Positions 1 to 8,651 of a stretch of 59,671 bases of DNA are shown here, one piece after another. Below the pieces are notes generated by a model. That model had not been told where the DNA came from and searched no databases. It saw only the letters and a list, made by a program, of their open reading frames with translations. Position 1 is the stretch's first letter; each line of letters starts with the position of its first letter. Source of the stretch: a virus (lineage: Duplodnaviria > Caudoviricetes); the IMG/VR virus record IMGVR_UViG_3300032332_000896, positions 1-59,671 of that record. One strand, 5' to 3'. Position numbers and translations under genes: made by a program.

Positions 1-123
1 CTACTCCCACTCAAACGCTCCGACCACCTCTTGTGGTTCGGCGAGGTCATGCATCCTCAGCCACGTCAGAAGATTGCGCGCCATCTTCATCGACCACGCC
101 TCGTTGTCGCGGTTCTGGTGGAG
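1..123. repeat. Exact terminal direct repeat, copy 1 (circular/permuted genome overlap)
   Basis: 1-123 is identical to 59549-59671; gene order continues seamlessly across the junction. Confidence 0.95.
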
Positions 124-438
124 CTGGTTCGACAGCGAGACCGAATACTGCGTGCCGTCCTGAAGATTTCTCCCGCGCGCCACCAGCAGGTATCCGTAGT
201 CCGCCCGCTCGACCTGCAGCGAACACTCAGGCTTGAGCGCGAGCTTCACCTGCTTGACGTAGCCGTGCAGGTGGACGTGGTCGACCTGACGCATCGCCCT
301 CATGCTCGATCCTACAGGCGTTATAAGCGTTATCGTCGTTGCGCTCCTCAGCTCCTCAGCTGCGAGGTCAACGCCCACTAGCGTCACCGCGCTGCCAGCC
401 CCTGCTAGTGACGCTGTCGTTGGCACGGTTGTCGGCAC
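1..438 (-). CDS. Hypothetical protein
   Basis: 145-aa ORF in tightly packed minus-strand run; stop at 1-3. Confidence 0.6.
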   Translation of the reverse strand: MPTTVPTTASLAGAGSAVTLVGVDLAAEELRSATTITLITPVGSSMRAMRQVDHVHLHGYVKQVKLALKPECSLQVERADYGYLLVARGRNLQDGTQYSVSLSNQLHQNRDNEAWSMKMARNLLTWLRMHDLAEPQEVVGAFEWE

Positions 439-439
439 G

Positions 440-691
440 TCAGCCCTCGCGCTTCTTCTTCATGGCGCCGGTGATCTGATCGACGGCCTTCATCATCGCG
501 TCAGCCATCTCGCTCTCGTCTTTCGTCCGCGTGCCATAGGCCACATCATCGCCACGCTGCAGGAAGCCCTGTCGCCACACGATGACGGCGAACTGCAGGC
601 CAGTGCCCGCCAGCTCGTCGTGAACCACGTCAGCAAGCACCTTGGTATCGAGGTTCGTCTTCGCAACTAGCATCAGCTGTTTCTCATCCAT
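440..691 (-). CDS. Hypothetical protein
   Basis: MDEKQLMLV start; packs between neighbours. Confidence 0.6.
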   Translation of the reverse strand: MDEKQLMLVAKTNLDTKVLADVVHDELAGTGLQFAVIVWRQGFLQRGDDVAYGTRTKDESEMADAMMKAVDQITGAMKKKREG

Positions 692-1164
692 CCAGAGACT
701 TCTTCGTAGGTGTTGCGGACAGAGATCGAATTGGGCGAATACGTCAACCACACCTCGACGCCGCCAGTGGAGCGGTTCTGCGGCGCTGGTCCTGCTGCAT
801 ACTTAATCCCAGTGCCGCTTGTGGTGAGAGCGCTCATCGCAGAAAGCGTCGCATCGGCAAGCTGGTTGCTCTGGGCCGCTTGGCCAGCGCCAAGAACATT
901 CTGTAGTGTGTTATCCTCGCGCTGGCGCATTGCATGCCGATACGGATCGGGCAGCACCCGCTGCTCTGCCTGCCTCACCTCCAATGCCAGCATCTGAGAG
1001 CGCATTGCCGCCTCCATCATGTTGCGTGTGTGCGGCTCGTTCGAGCTGTTGCGACGCTGCGCGGGCCGCGACACGCCGCGAATGTCCGCCGCGCGCACCG
1101 ACATCTCCCCGCCATTGAGCAGGTAAAGAACCACCACGCCGACCTTCAAGCCTTCTTCGCTCAT
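673..1164 (-). CDS. Hypothetical protein
   Basis: 163-aa ORF in operon. Confidence 0.6.
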   Translation of the reverse strand: MSEEGLKVGVVVLYLLNGGEMSVRAADIRGVSRPAQRRNSSNEPHTRNMMEAAMRSQMLALEVRQAEQRVLPDPYRHAMRQREDNTLQNVLGAGQAAQSNQLADATLSAMSALTTSGTGIKYAAGPAPQNRSTGGVEVWLTYSPNSISVRNTYEEVSGWMRNS

Positions 1165-1168
1165 TGCC

Positions 1169-1288
1169 TTACCTTGATGATGCCATGCCGACCGCGACGA
1201 CGACCGCGATGATCGTGATGCCGCACATATAGACGATCAGCCCCTGCAGCGTGCCGCGCAAGCTCGACTCTCTTCGCTTGTGCCTCAT
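1169..1288 (-). CDS. Small membrane protein
   Basis: MRHKRRESS followed by a single hydrophobic segment; ATGA overlap with upstream stop. Confidence 0.5.
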   Translation of the reverse strand: MRHKRRESSLRGTLQGLIVYMCGITIIAVVVAVGMASSR

Positions 1289-1503
1289 CGCCCGTCCTTC
1301 AGAAATGGATCGTCCGCTATGTACCCGGCGTTGAAGCCGATCTCCATCGCAAGCCAGCCTTTCTTCGTGAAGTATTGCCGAAGGTCTGCGCGGGTCTTGC
1401 CAATCGCCCACTTCAGGATCGGCGCTGCCTCAGTGCATACGTCGCCTGTCATCATCAGCCCGGCGACGAAGTGCGGTGCGACGACACGGATCAGGTGACT
1501 CAT
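1285..1503 (-). CDS. Hypothetical protein
   Basis: 72 aa; GGAG RBS. Confidence 0.6.
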   Translation of the reverse strand: MSHLIRVVAPHFVAGLMMTGDVCTEAAPILKWAIGKTRADLRQYFTKKGWLAMEIGFNAGYIADDPFLKDGR

Positions 1504-1515
1504 GCGGGCTCCAGT

Positions 1516-1668
1516 TCACCTGAGAAAAAGCTCAGCCAGCAGGACGAGCGAGATAACGAAGAAGCCCTGAGCCACCATAACCCACTCAAGGAAACCCACG
1601 CGCTTGCCGAGACGGCGAACGTAATCGGCGTACTCTCTCTGCGTCGAGCCCTCACGTAACGGTTTCAT
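1516..1668 (-). CDS. Small membrane protein (below ORF-track cut-off)
   Basis: MKPLREGST...FFVISLVLLAELFLR, 50 aa; ATGA overlap with 1665 stop. Confidence 0.5.
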   Translation of the reverse strand: MKPLREGSTQREYADYVRRLGKRVGFLEWVMVAQGFFVISLVLLAELFLR

Positions 1669-1955
1669 TTCTGCCTCGCTTGGATGCAGAGCCAGATGGC
1701 GCGCGCTGTCGGCCTGTCGGTGTTGATGAAGAAGCGCGGCGGATCGCGCCGGAACTTGTCCCAGTCGTCATTGGTCAGCGGCAGCTGGTCAGCCTTGCGC
1801 AGCTCAGCGTCGACCCTGTCCTTGTCGATGTTGTAGAGGCTGGCGACTCGGTTGCGGAACACAGCCCGGATGTCGTCATCGCCCATCGTTTGCTCGTCAT
1901 AGACCATGTGTTGCTCCTCTGCCGGGAACGAAGCACACGGGGTCTGGCGCGTCAA
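1665..1955 (-). CDS. Hypothetical protein
   Basis: 96-aa ORF; true start may be MVYDEQ after GAGGAG. Confidence 0.55.
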   Translation of the reverse strand: MTRQTPCASFPAEEQHMVYDEQTMGDDDIRAVFRNRVASLYNIDKDRVDAELRKADQLPLTNDDWDKFRRDPPRFFINTDRPTARAIWLCIQARQK

Positions 1956-1964
1956 CTCTGGCGA

Positions 1965-2180
1965 CTAGAACCCAGTCGGCTTGGCCACTGAGCGCACCAG
2001 AGCCATGAAGCCCTGCTGCAGATTGGTTGCACCAATGGCGACCCAGCGTGCATCAGCAGCGCCAGCCTTCAGCTCGTCGACGATTTCCTCGACTTCGTTC
2101 GCCTTCGTCTTGATCGAGTTAATCAGCGCAAGCTCGCGCTCGCTCAGCGTGCGGTAGCCCTTGATGGGTTGGTCAGTCAT
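1965..2180 (-). CDS. acb2: Acb2/Tad1-family cyclic-oligonucleotide sponge (anti-CBASS)
   Basis: IKGYRTLSERELALINSIK ... RWVAIGATNLQQGFMALVRSVAKPTGF matches the Acb2 pattern IKGYRxLS ... RWxAIxxTxxQxGxMAxxRxxAxPxxF. Confidence 0.85.
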   Translation of the reverse strand: MTDQPIKGYRTLSERELALINSIKTKANEVEEIVDELKAGAADARWVAIGATNLQQGFMALVRSVAKPTGF

Positions 2181-2189
2181 GTTGCTTCC

Positions 2190-2381
2190 TCAGTTGATCG
2201 CCTGACGCACAGTGTTGCGCCAGTTCTTGATGACGAGAGCTTTCTCGGAGTTCAGCGGCAGCACGAGGTCGCCGTTGGGCTGGCAGAAGTCGTCGAGCTT
2301 CGGTGACTTAATCGAGATTTCCTCGCCGCCGATGGTGACGAAAGTGATCTCGCGTTTCTTGGACTTCTTCATAGCGCCCAT
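2190..2381 (-). CDS. Hypothetical protein
   Basis: 63 aa, GAGGAG RBS, overlaps terL end. Confidence 0.55.
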   Translation of the reverse strand: MGAMKKSKKREITFVTIGGEEISIKSPKLDDFCQPNGDLVLPLNSEKALVIKNWRNTVRQAIN

Positions 2382-3661
2382 TTGCTCCTCGGTGCGTGCG
2401 AGCGTTCCTTCTCGATCATCTTCCTTGGCGGCTCATACGTGATGGCCATCAGGCCAGCAGCGTCAGCCGCGTGTGATGACCAGTCGTGGTCTGGGCCAAG
2501 GCCGATCTTCCGGTCCTCGTCGATCTTCTCGTGGTAATAACCAATGGCTTTCACCCCTGCAAGAGTGGCGTCAGCATTGAACCAGATGCGGGGGAACACC
2601 TTGCGCAGCGCGTCGATGCGTTGCTGTGCGGCGCCCTTGCCTTGGTTCCTGACAACCCTGACTGAAAAGCCTGCGGCCTGCAACTGCCGCTCATATGACA
2701 TGGCGATAGGATTGTCTGGGTGAACACTCGACCCGTCGTGAGGTAGGACGCAGAGCGCCGATCCGTAGCCGTTTGAGCGCAGCCAGTTCATGTAGTAGCC
2801 GGGCGGCTGGCCCGAGCCCTCGCAATAGTCGATCACCTGAATGCGCTCGCCGCAGAACTGGTAGACCCAGATCGCGGTCGCATCCGAGTGGCCCAAGTCC
2901 CAAGCGCAGCGCAGCTGGAAGTCGGGATCGGTGACGACCGACGACATCCGCCCCTGTTCACGGCAGACCCGCAGGTCTTTGGCGAAGTAAGCACCGTCGA
3001 CCGCCTGAACATACTCGCCGCCCCAAACGTGCTCGGCCTGAGCCGAGTCGCGCTCGAAGTCGGCCTCCATCGTCTCGCGCAGCACCTTCGGAAACCAGAA
3101 GTTGTCCTGCCACTTCACCTTGACCACAGCCGAGCGCGGCGGCGGGCCTTTGGGGCCTCGGAACATCTGCTCGATGGCGTCGTGCTCGTATTCAGGGTTC
3201 CACGACCAGATGAACTTGGAGCCCTGTTTGCGTAAGGTCGGAATGAGCACTTTCAAAGAGGTTTTCGAGAAAGCGCTGGCTTCCTCACCCCAGAAATAGT
3301 CGTAGCCCTCCATCGACTTCAGGCCCTGTGGGTTTCGCCACAGGCCGGTGAACGTGAAGATGCTGTCGTTCTTGGTGCCCCGGATGGTCCCGTTGACCGC
3401 CTCGAAGCGGTCCTGAAGGCCCAGCTCGATGATCTGGTCGAGCAGGAGCTGGTAGACCGACTCGCTGAGGTTCTTCTGGATTTCACGACCGCAGCCAATG
3501 CGCAGCGTTCGGTTCGCAGCCGAGAACAGCAGGAAGCGGGCAATCGCCCATGACTTGCCGCCGCCCCGGCCACCATGGAAGGCGTAGTGGCGCAGGTTCG
3601 GATTGAACAGGACGGTCGACCACTCAGGAATAACTACCTGTGGGCTAGGCAGCTCAAGCAT
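2369..3661 (-). CDS. terL: Terminase large subunit (PBSX/terminase_3-like)
   Basis: Walker A GGRGGGKS, Walker B YFWGEEA, WNP motif, nuclease WDLGHSD ... HDWSSHAADA. Confidence 0.95.
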   Translation of the reverse strand: MLELPSPQVVIPEWSTVLFNPNLRHYAFHGGRGGGKSWAIARFLLFSAANRTLRIGCGREIQKNLSESVYQLLLDQIIELGLQDRFEAVNGTIRGTKNDSIFTFTGLWRNPQGLKSMEGYDYFWGEEASAFSKTSLKVLIPTLRKQGSKFIWSWNPEYEHDAIEQMFRGPKGPPPRSAVVKVKWQDNFWFPKVLRETMEADFERDSAQAEHVWGGEYVQAVDGAYFAKDLRVCREQGRMSSVVTDPDFQLRCAWDLGHSDATAIWVYQFCGERIQVIDYCEGSGQPPGYYMNWLRSNGYGSALCVLPHDGSSVHPDNPIAMSYERQLQAAGFSVRVVRNQGKGAAQQRIDALRKVFPRIWFNADATLAGVKAIGYYHEKIDEDRKIGLGPDHDWSSHAADAAGLMAITYEPPRKMIEKERSHAPRSKWAL

Positions 3662-4061
3662 CGACGGTTCCCTCGATCACGTCGTCGAAGTCGTCAGCGC
3701 CGCCCTCGATTTCGACGTTGAACTGCTTGGCTGGATTGAACGGGACAATCTGGCCATTGGGGCCGAGCACAGCGAGCAGCATCATGCCCCTCATAGGTTC
3801 GTTGGCAGCGGCGGGGTCAGCGATCTGGTGTGGCTTGCCGTAGGCGCGGTTGGCGAGGTCCATCATTGCGGCCAGCCTGACGCTGTCGCTCTGGGAAGCG
3901 CCGGGCGCAGGAGTGCCGTCAGGATTGCGTACAAGCCCCGCCAGTGTGGCTAGGCCACGGACGGCATCAGGCCCCCAGACGAGCGCGAGATCGCGACCAG
4001 CGACGGTCGCACGGTTCGTAGTGCCCTTCTGGCGACCGCCACCTTGCGGACGTGTTGTCAT
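3654..4061 (-). CDS. terS: Putative terminase small subunit
   Basis: N-terminal GGRQKGTTNR, ANRAYGKP motif; overlaps terL start. Confidence 0.7.
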   Translation of the reverse strand: MTTRPQGGGRQKGTTNRATVAGRDLALVWGPDAVRGLATLAGLVRNPDGTPAPGASQSDSVRLAAMMDLANRAYGKPHQIADPAAANEPMRGMMLLAVLGPNGQIVPFNPAKQFNVEIEGGADDFDDVIEGTVDA

Positions 4062-4111
4062 GTCCTCTCCTAATTATGGTTAGGGCATTGAAATTGCTTG
4101 GTGTGCCGGGC

Positions 4112-4120
4112 TGTGGATAA
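4112..4120 (-). promoter_or_regulatory. Perfect DnaA box TTATCCACA upstream of terS
   Basis: TGTGGATAA on + strand in an intergenic AT-richer gap. Confidence 0.45.
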
Positions 4121-4167
4121 GCAACCGTGAGGAGAATTATTCCCGCGCTATCCCACATGGTCCCAGC

Positions 4168-4440
4168 TCAGGAGAACTGACTCACAAGGGGGCCGGAGTC
4201 AGTATCTGGCTCAGGCTGGATTGCGGGCCGGATCGCGGCGGCGTTGGCTGCGTCCTCGGCGATCAGCTGGTTGGTGCGGATGCGCTTGGCTTCGAGGTAT
4301 TCAGCCCTGAGCTGGCCGATGATCTGCTCCAGCATGTCCATGCGGGTTTTGGCTTCCGTCTTGGCGTAGCGCTTGTTGAACTTCAGCTGGGCCTTGCCGA
4401 TGCCAAGGAATGGCGCTTCGAGCTTTCCGAACACTGGCAT
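4168..4440 (-). CDS. Hypothetical protein
   Basis: 90 aa, GGGGAG RBS. Confidence 0.6.
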   Translation of the reverse strand: MPVFGKLEAPFLGIGKAQLKFNKRYAKTEAKTRMDMLEQIIGQLRAEYLEAKRIRTNQLIAEDAANAAAIRPAIQPEPDTDSGPLVSQFS

Positions 4441-4444
4441 GGGG

Positions 4445-4549
4445 TCACTCCCCTTTGCCCGGCTTGAGATACCAGAGCAGGCATCCGACGCCGACGCCGA
4501 CGACCAGAACGACCCCGGCGATTATGCTGACACTGAGCAGCTCGTTCAT
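4445..4549 (-). CDS. Small single-TM peptide
   Basis: MNELLSVSIIAGVVLVVGVGVGCLLWYLKPGKGE, 34 aa. Confidence 0.45.
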   Translation of the reverse strand: MNELLSVSIIAGVVLVVGVGVGCLLWYLKPGKGE

Positions 4550-4577
4550 TACCTGTTCTCCCTGTGCATAACTTTTT

Positions 4578-4619
4578 TCTGTCGCCCCAGTTGACGGGCG
4601 CATGTCGGCCGTCTATCTA
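4578..4619 (+). promoter_or_regulatory. Early promoter P1 (TGTCGCCCCAG-TTGACG-17-TATCTA)
   Basis: -35 at 4591-4596; shares 20 bp with P2/P3; DnaA-box-like TTATGCACA (minus) at 4563-4571. Confidence 0.7.
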
Positions 4620-4657
4620 TCGTCATGTGAGGTTGGCTCACGAAGAGGAAGACGGCG

Positions 4658-5113
4658 ATGACCAACGAACTGACGCAGACCCTGACCCCCCAGATTGCCA
4701 CCCAGACCAGCTACGCGGTCTACGCTGCCCGCAAGGCAAAAGAGGAAGAGCTTCACGCCTGCATCAGGGGCTGGGGCAACATCGAGACCCAGATGTCGGG
4801 CAAACTCCGCGAAGAAGTCGCCGCCCTGCTTGCCCTGCAAATCTACTGGCAGGACGTGGCGAGCGAAATGCTCAACGCCCAGATCAAAAAAGAGTTTGCA
4901 ACGATGGTAACCGAGGTGAAGGCGATCAAGGCTCGGAACGGGGACAAGTTCCGCGTCGGCGACCGGGTTCGCTACTCCACGGGGAGCACTGCCTACACCC
5001 GCTTCACGGTTTTCGGCGTCGTCACCAAGGTCAATCAGGCCAGCTACGTCGTCACCAGTGAGGACGGTCGGAAGGCCACCATCAAGAAATCGAACGTGTT
5101 CGTTGGCGCGTAG
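4658..5113 (+). CDS. Early hypothetical protein with C-terminal SH3/KOW-like segment
   Basis: GAGGA RBS; FRVGDRV...GVVTKVNQASYVV pattern. Confidence 0.7.
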   Translation: MTNELTQTLTPQIATQTSYAVYAARKAKEEELHACIRGWGNIETQMSGKLREEVAALLALQIYWQDVASEMLNAQIKKEFATMVTEVKAIKARNGDKFRVGDRVRYSTGSTAYTRFTVFGVVTKVNQASYVVTSEDGRKATIKKSNVFVGA

Positions 5114-5145
5114 CCCTAAGCACAGACCGCCTGAGAGGAAGCACC

Positions 5146-5370
5146 ATGAAAACCGAAACCGTGACCATGCAGCGCGACAAGCTGTCGGTCCGCCTAGTCC
5201 GCGAGAAGGACAACGAAGTGTCAGTCCTGATCCTGAGCCGCAACACGGGGGCCACCATGAAGGTCGCCTCTGGCGCGTACCTCGACGCTCATGCGCTGGC
5301 CGTGCGGACCCGTGATGCTCTGGCCGGTGCTGGCGTGGACGTTGGCGCTGGCGTCTGGTGGGAGGACTAA
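5146..5370 (+). CDS. Early hypothetical protein
   Basis: GAGAGGA RBS, 74 aa. Confidence 0.7.
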   Translation: MKTETVTMQRDKLSVRLVREKDNEVSVLILSRNTGATMKVASGAYLDAHALAVRTRDALAGAGVDVGAGVWWED

Positions 5371-5374
5371 CAAC

Positions 5375-5626
5375 GTGCGCCTGACAACGAAGAAGATCAC
5401 CGCGTCGCGCTATGCGGTTGTGGCTGATGGCAGGATCACCGGCCTGTACATCTCGAAGGGCCAGCCCGCCCAGTATCGCTGCCCGCAGGAGTGGGATGTG
5501 TGCCGAATAAAGGGCGACGACTACCTGTTCTCCTGCAAGGGCCTGCACGCCTGCATGACAGCAATTCGGAAAATAATATCAGAAATATCTGTCGCCCCAG
5601 TTGACGGATTAGAACATAACGCCTAG
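5375..5626 (+). CDS. Early hypothetical protein
   Basis: GGAGG RBS plus GTG; 3' end runs into promoter repeat. Confidence 0.6.
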   Translation: MRLTTKKITASRYAVVADGRITGLYISKGQPAQYRCPQEWDVCRIKGDDYLFSCKGLHACMTAIRKIISEISVAPVDGLEHNA

Positions 5627-5648
5627 ATAGGTTGGGTAGCAAAGAGGA
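5579..5648 (+). repeat. 70-bp promoter/RBS repeat copy A (early promoter P2)
   Basis: TTGACG 5601-5606, 17-bp spacer, TAGATA 5624-5629; 68/70 identical to 6993-7062. Confidence 0.9.
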
Positions 5649-5655
5649 GGCCACC

Positions 5656-5937
5656 ATGAACGACCAACGCCGCAAAGCCATCAACAGCCTGATCGCCGAA
5701 TACGAGAAGGTGAAGGAACTCGCCACGGGAAACCTGTCCGACATCAAGGATCGGCTCGAAGCCCTTCGGGATGAGGAGCAGGAATACTTCGACAACATGC
5801 ACGACAACCTGAAGAGCGGCGACAAAGGAAGCCGCGCCGAGCAGGCCGTCAGCGAGATCGACGAACAGTGCAGCAATCTCGACACGCTGATCTGCGCTTT
5901 CGACGAAGTCGACATGCCCAGCATCGATCTGGGCTGA
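5656..5937 (+). CDS. Small acidic helical protein (MNxxRRK...EEQEYFDNM family)
   Basis: GAGGAGG RBS; D/E-rich; pattern common in phage early regions. Confidence 0.75.
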   Translation: MNDQRRKAINSLIAEYEKVKELATGNLSDIKDRLEALRDEEQEYFDNMHDNLKSGDKGSRAEQAVSEIDEQCSNLDTLICAFDEVDMPSIDLG

Positions 5938-5948
5938 GGAGCAACACG

Positions 5949-6248
5949 ATGACCAGCCACCTGATGCAAGCCATGCGAGCGGAGGGAGAGCGCATCACGC
6001 GCCTCCACGCTCAGAAGGCCCTCAAGGCCCGCCTGCGGGTCATGATGAAGGAGAACAGCGTCAACGCCTTGCAGGCGCTGAAGTGGGACTACGAGGCGAT
6101 GGATGCCACGAACAGCTGGGGCGACTACTGCGACCTGACCGGCATCGGCTTCGAGCTGGAGAACTATCTGGACCGGCGCGAAATCCATAGCCCCGGATAT
6201 CTGGCCCGCATGCGTGACGTGGCTGAAGACATGAGAGGAGATTACTGA
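5949..6248 (+). CDS. Early hypothetical protein
   Basis: GAGGAG RBS. Confidence 0.7.
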   Translation: MTSHLMQAMRAEGERITRLHAQKALKARLRVMMKENSVNALQALKWDYEAMDATNSWGDYCDLTGIGFELENYLDRREIHSPGYLARMRDVAEDMRGDY

Positions 6249-6448
6249 TGGTCCGCTACGAGTATCTCGTCACCGCCAAGCACCGCCAGAGCAAGCGCGT
6301 CATCACGCATGTCTGCTTTGGGGATACCAAGGCGCTCGCCGTCGACCACGCCTGCACAGCGTTTGAATACACATGCGAGCGTCAGCCAGTCACTACGCGG
6401 GGCTGGTTCATCAAGGCCGCTCGCACCGGCAGAATGGAGATCGTGTGA
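6248..6448 (+). CDS. Early hypothetical protein
   Basis: TGATG coupling. Confidence 0.65.
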   Translation: MVRYEYLVTAKHRQSKRVITHVCFGDTKALAVDHACTAFEYTCERQPVTTRGWFIKAARTGRMEIV

Positions 6449-6729
6449 TGACCACGATATTCAACCTGTACTGTCATAGCCGTCACCACGAGACCAATCG
6501 CTACTTCACAGATCGCGAGACCGCTCTGAGCGAAGCGCTCAAGGCGTCGGGAGATGAGGAGGGAGACGCGACGGTCTACGCAATCGTACTGGCCAAGCTG
6601 AAGCCTGCGGAGCTGGCGATCCGCCTGCTAGAGCACAGCGGCTGGTCGGACGCCGAGACCGTGATCGCTAAGTTCAGAGGCGGCAAGAAGGTTCGCCGCA
6701 AATTCGCTAAAACGCTGGAGGAAAGCTGA
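6448..6729 (+). CDS. Early hypothetical protein
   Basis: TGATG coupling. Confidence 0.65.
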   Translation: MTTIFNLYCHSRHHETNRYFTDRETALSEALKASGDEEGDATVYAIVLAKLKPAELAIRLLEHSGWSDAETVIAKFRGGKKVRRKFAKTLEES

Positions 6730-6989
6730 TGACCACGGCAAAACAACTTGTAGCCCAGAAGGCTTTCAAGAAGCTCGTTCGCGAACACTTGCAAGAGGGC
6801 GTTACCGGCTTTCAGATTCTGTCTTCGGAGTTCTGGCGCGTGGAGCGGAAGCTGGAGTGGCAGGACTGGAATACGTTCTGCGAGTTTTTGGGCATGGGTC
6901 CAGCTTTGGCTGATTACTTGGACAGGCGCTCCATCAATGTTGATGATTGGACAAGCGGCCCGAAGCTGCCTCAGTCCTTTGAAACTTAA
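6729..6989 (+). CDS. Early hypothetical protein
   Basis: TGATG coupling; looks lower in GC. Confidence 0.6.
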   Translation: MTTAKQLVAQKAFKKLVREHLQEGVTGFQILSSEFWRVERKLEWQDWNTFCEFLGMGPALADYLDRRSINVDDWTSGPKLPQSFET

Positions 6990-6992
6990 ACT

Positions 6993-7062
6993 TCAGAAAT
7001 ATCTGTCGCCCCAGTTGACGGATTAGAACCTAACGCCTAGATAGGTTGGGTAGCAACGAGGA
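6993..7062 (+). repeat. 70-bp promoter/RBS repeat copy B (early promoter P3)
   Basis: TTGACG 7015-7020, TAGATA 7038-7043; 2 mismatches to copy A. Confidence 0.9.
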
Positions 7063-7069
7063 AGCCCAA

Positions 7070-7261
7070 ATGACCTACCGCGAACTTCAAACCCGGATCA
7101 GCGCCGCCCTTGAAGAGCCGGGCGTGAAGCAGATCAACTCAGCCGCCTTCTACGCAGCCTGCGACAAGCACGGTATCGAAGCGGGCGATCTGGAAGACGC
7201 CATCCGCGACACCGAATTTCAGGCCCGCGAGGACCGCGACTACAATCACTGGAGCAACTGA
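7070..7261 (+). CDS. Early hypothetical protein
   Basis: GAGGA RBS within repeat. Confidence 0.65.
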   Translation: MTYRELQTRISAALEEPGVKQINSAAFYAACDKHGIEAGDLEDAIRDTEFQAREDRDYNHWSN

Positions 7262-7755
7262 TGACCACGTACACAGAGAACATGGACGCCGCCGCCAGAA
7301 TTGCCGTGCAGGCCACACAGAAGGCCGAGAGTGCCGCTTACAGCGCCTTGCGCAAGCTGGAGCGTGAGCGCGACGAAGAGATCAGCGAAGCCAAAGAGCG
7401 CATCCGCGTCGCATGGCTGGATAGGATCGGCGAAGCGTCGAGCGCTTACTACCGTGCTCGTGAGGACGCCAAAGACGCGCTGGTCGCGGCCAGCGTCGAC
7501 CACGAATGGGAAGGCAAGATCGTTATGCGGCTCACTGACAGATACGCTCGCTACGGCTCGCGCGTCCTCGGCCAGACCGTCGAGCGCGGCGTCGTCATCA
7601 CCTACCGTCCCGGCGTGACGCTGCCAGAGAGCACGGCGCGGTATAAGTACCCGGCCATCGGATCGCAGATCGTGCGCTTCCTGAAGAAGGACGGCACGCC
7701 CGGCGTGAAGTTCGAGCGGCTGACTGAAAGCTGGAAACTTGAGGAGACCAAGTGA
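7261..7755 (+). CDS. Early hypothetical protein (N-terminal coiled coil)
   Basis: TGATG coupling, 164 aa. Confidence 0.7.
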   Translation: MTTYTENMDAAARIAVQATQKAESAAYSALRKLERERDEEISEAKERIRVAWLDRIGEASSAYYRAREDAKDALVAASVDHEWEGKIVMRLTDRYARYGSRVLGQTVERGVVITYRPGVTLPESTARYKYPAIGSQIVRFLKKDGTPGVKFERLTESWKLEETK

Positions 7756-7943
7756 GCCGGGTCGTCAACTACCTGCAGTGGTTTGATAGCCAGCCGCAGT
7801 GGTTGCGCAGCCTTTTTCACGAGTACGGAGATATCGCCATCATAGTTCGCGACCTTGGACTGACGCCAGAGGAGGCTCGCGAAGTATTGGAACGCGAGCG
7901 CCTTAAGCGAGAGCAAGAGCGCCTTTCTGGAGAGACGACATGA
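7752..7943 (+). CDS. Early hypothetical protein
   Basis: GTGA overlap, GAGGAG RBS. Confidence 0.6.
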   Translation: MSRVVNYLQWFDSQPQWLRSLFHEYGDIAIIVRDLGLTPEEAREVLERERLKREQERLSGETT

Positions 7944-8260
7944 CTGAGAAAGAACTGGAGACGAGCATGGCCGCGTTTGCCGTGCCGAGCCACCTGCGCG
8001 GCGGCATTGCGCGCTGGATCATGTCAGGCATCGAGCCGGGCGGGTTCATGCAATGCGTCCTGCAGAACGACCTGCGCGGCGCTGTCACGCGCGCCAGCAC
8101 GTCGTCACGCGCTGGGTTTCTGGAGCTGGTTCACTGGCTGATCGCCGAGGCCCCGCCGCAGTGCTGGGGATCGGAGGGCGCTTATGTTGACTGGGCCAAC
8201 TCTGGCGGCTGGTCGGCGCTCGATGAAGGCGGCAAGCGTAGCGCGCGTCTCGTGCGCTGA
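7940..8260 (+). CDS. Conserved phage hypothetical protein (PGGFxxxVLxNDL...CWGS)
   Basis: Recognisable widespread phage motif; ATGA overlap. Confidence 0.7.
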   Translation: MTEKELETSMAAFAVPSHLRGGIARWIMSGIEPGGFMQCVLQNDLRGAVTRASTSSRAGFLELVHWLIAEAPPQCWGSEGAYVDWANSGGWSALDEGGKRSARLVR

Positions 8261-8327
8261 AGAATTTCATGCCCGGCGCTGCCTGCGGGTATGATCCATT
8301 TCTGGCAGCATCAAAGAGGAACTACAC

Positions 8328-8597
8328 ATGCAATACGAACTGACATTCCTGCAAACGTCTGGCGTCAATGTCGCCATCCTGAAAGCCGATGGCGCAACCG
8401 TCGCAACTATCGACACGACTAATGCGAATGGCGAGGTTGCTCTGGCTCTGCTCATCAACAGCCTGACCAAAGAAGGCTCGAATTACTCGGTCTTCGTGCC
8501 GGGCCACGGCGAGCACGGAGCCCTTGCGGTTGCGGCGACGAACGATGGCGGCGAACTCACCTTCGCTTACAAGGACGCGCAGAAGTTCGACGCCTAA
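8328..8597 (+). CDS. Hypothetical protein
   Basis: AGAGGA RBS; TATGAT -10-like element at ~8288. Confidence 0.65.
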   Translation: MQYELTFLQTSGVNVAILKADGATVATIDTTNANGEVALALLINSLTKEGSNYSVFVPGHGEHGALAVAATNDGGELTFAYKDAQKFDA

Positions 8598-8651
8598 CCC
8601 AAAGTGTGCCGCGCTCGAAAGGGCGCGGCGCCCACCTCAAGAGGAGACACC

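Noticed and set aside
1-123. 123-bp terminal repeat as a biological fixed DTR or att site
   Set aside because: It falls inside a coding region and is exact. This is best explained as assembler overlap of a circularly permuted genome; physical ends cannot be inferred.
5579-7062. 70-bp repeats as a CRISPR array or IS ends
   Set aside because: Only two full copies 1.4 kb apart, each containing -35/-10/RBS; no spacer periodicity, cas or transposase.
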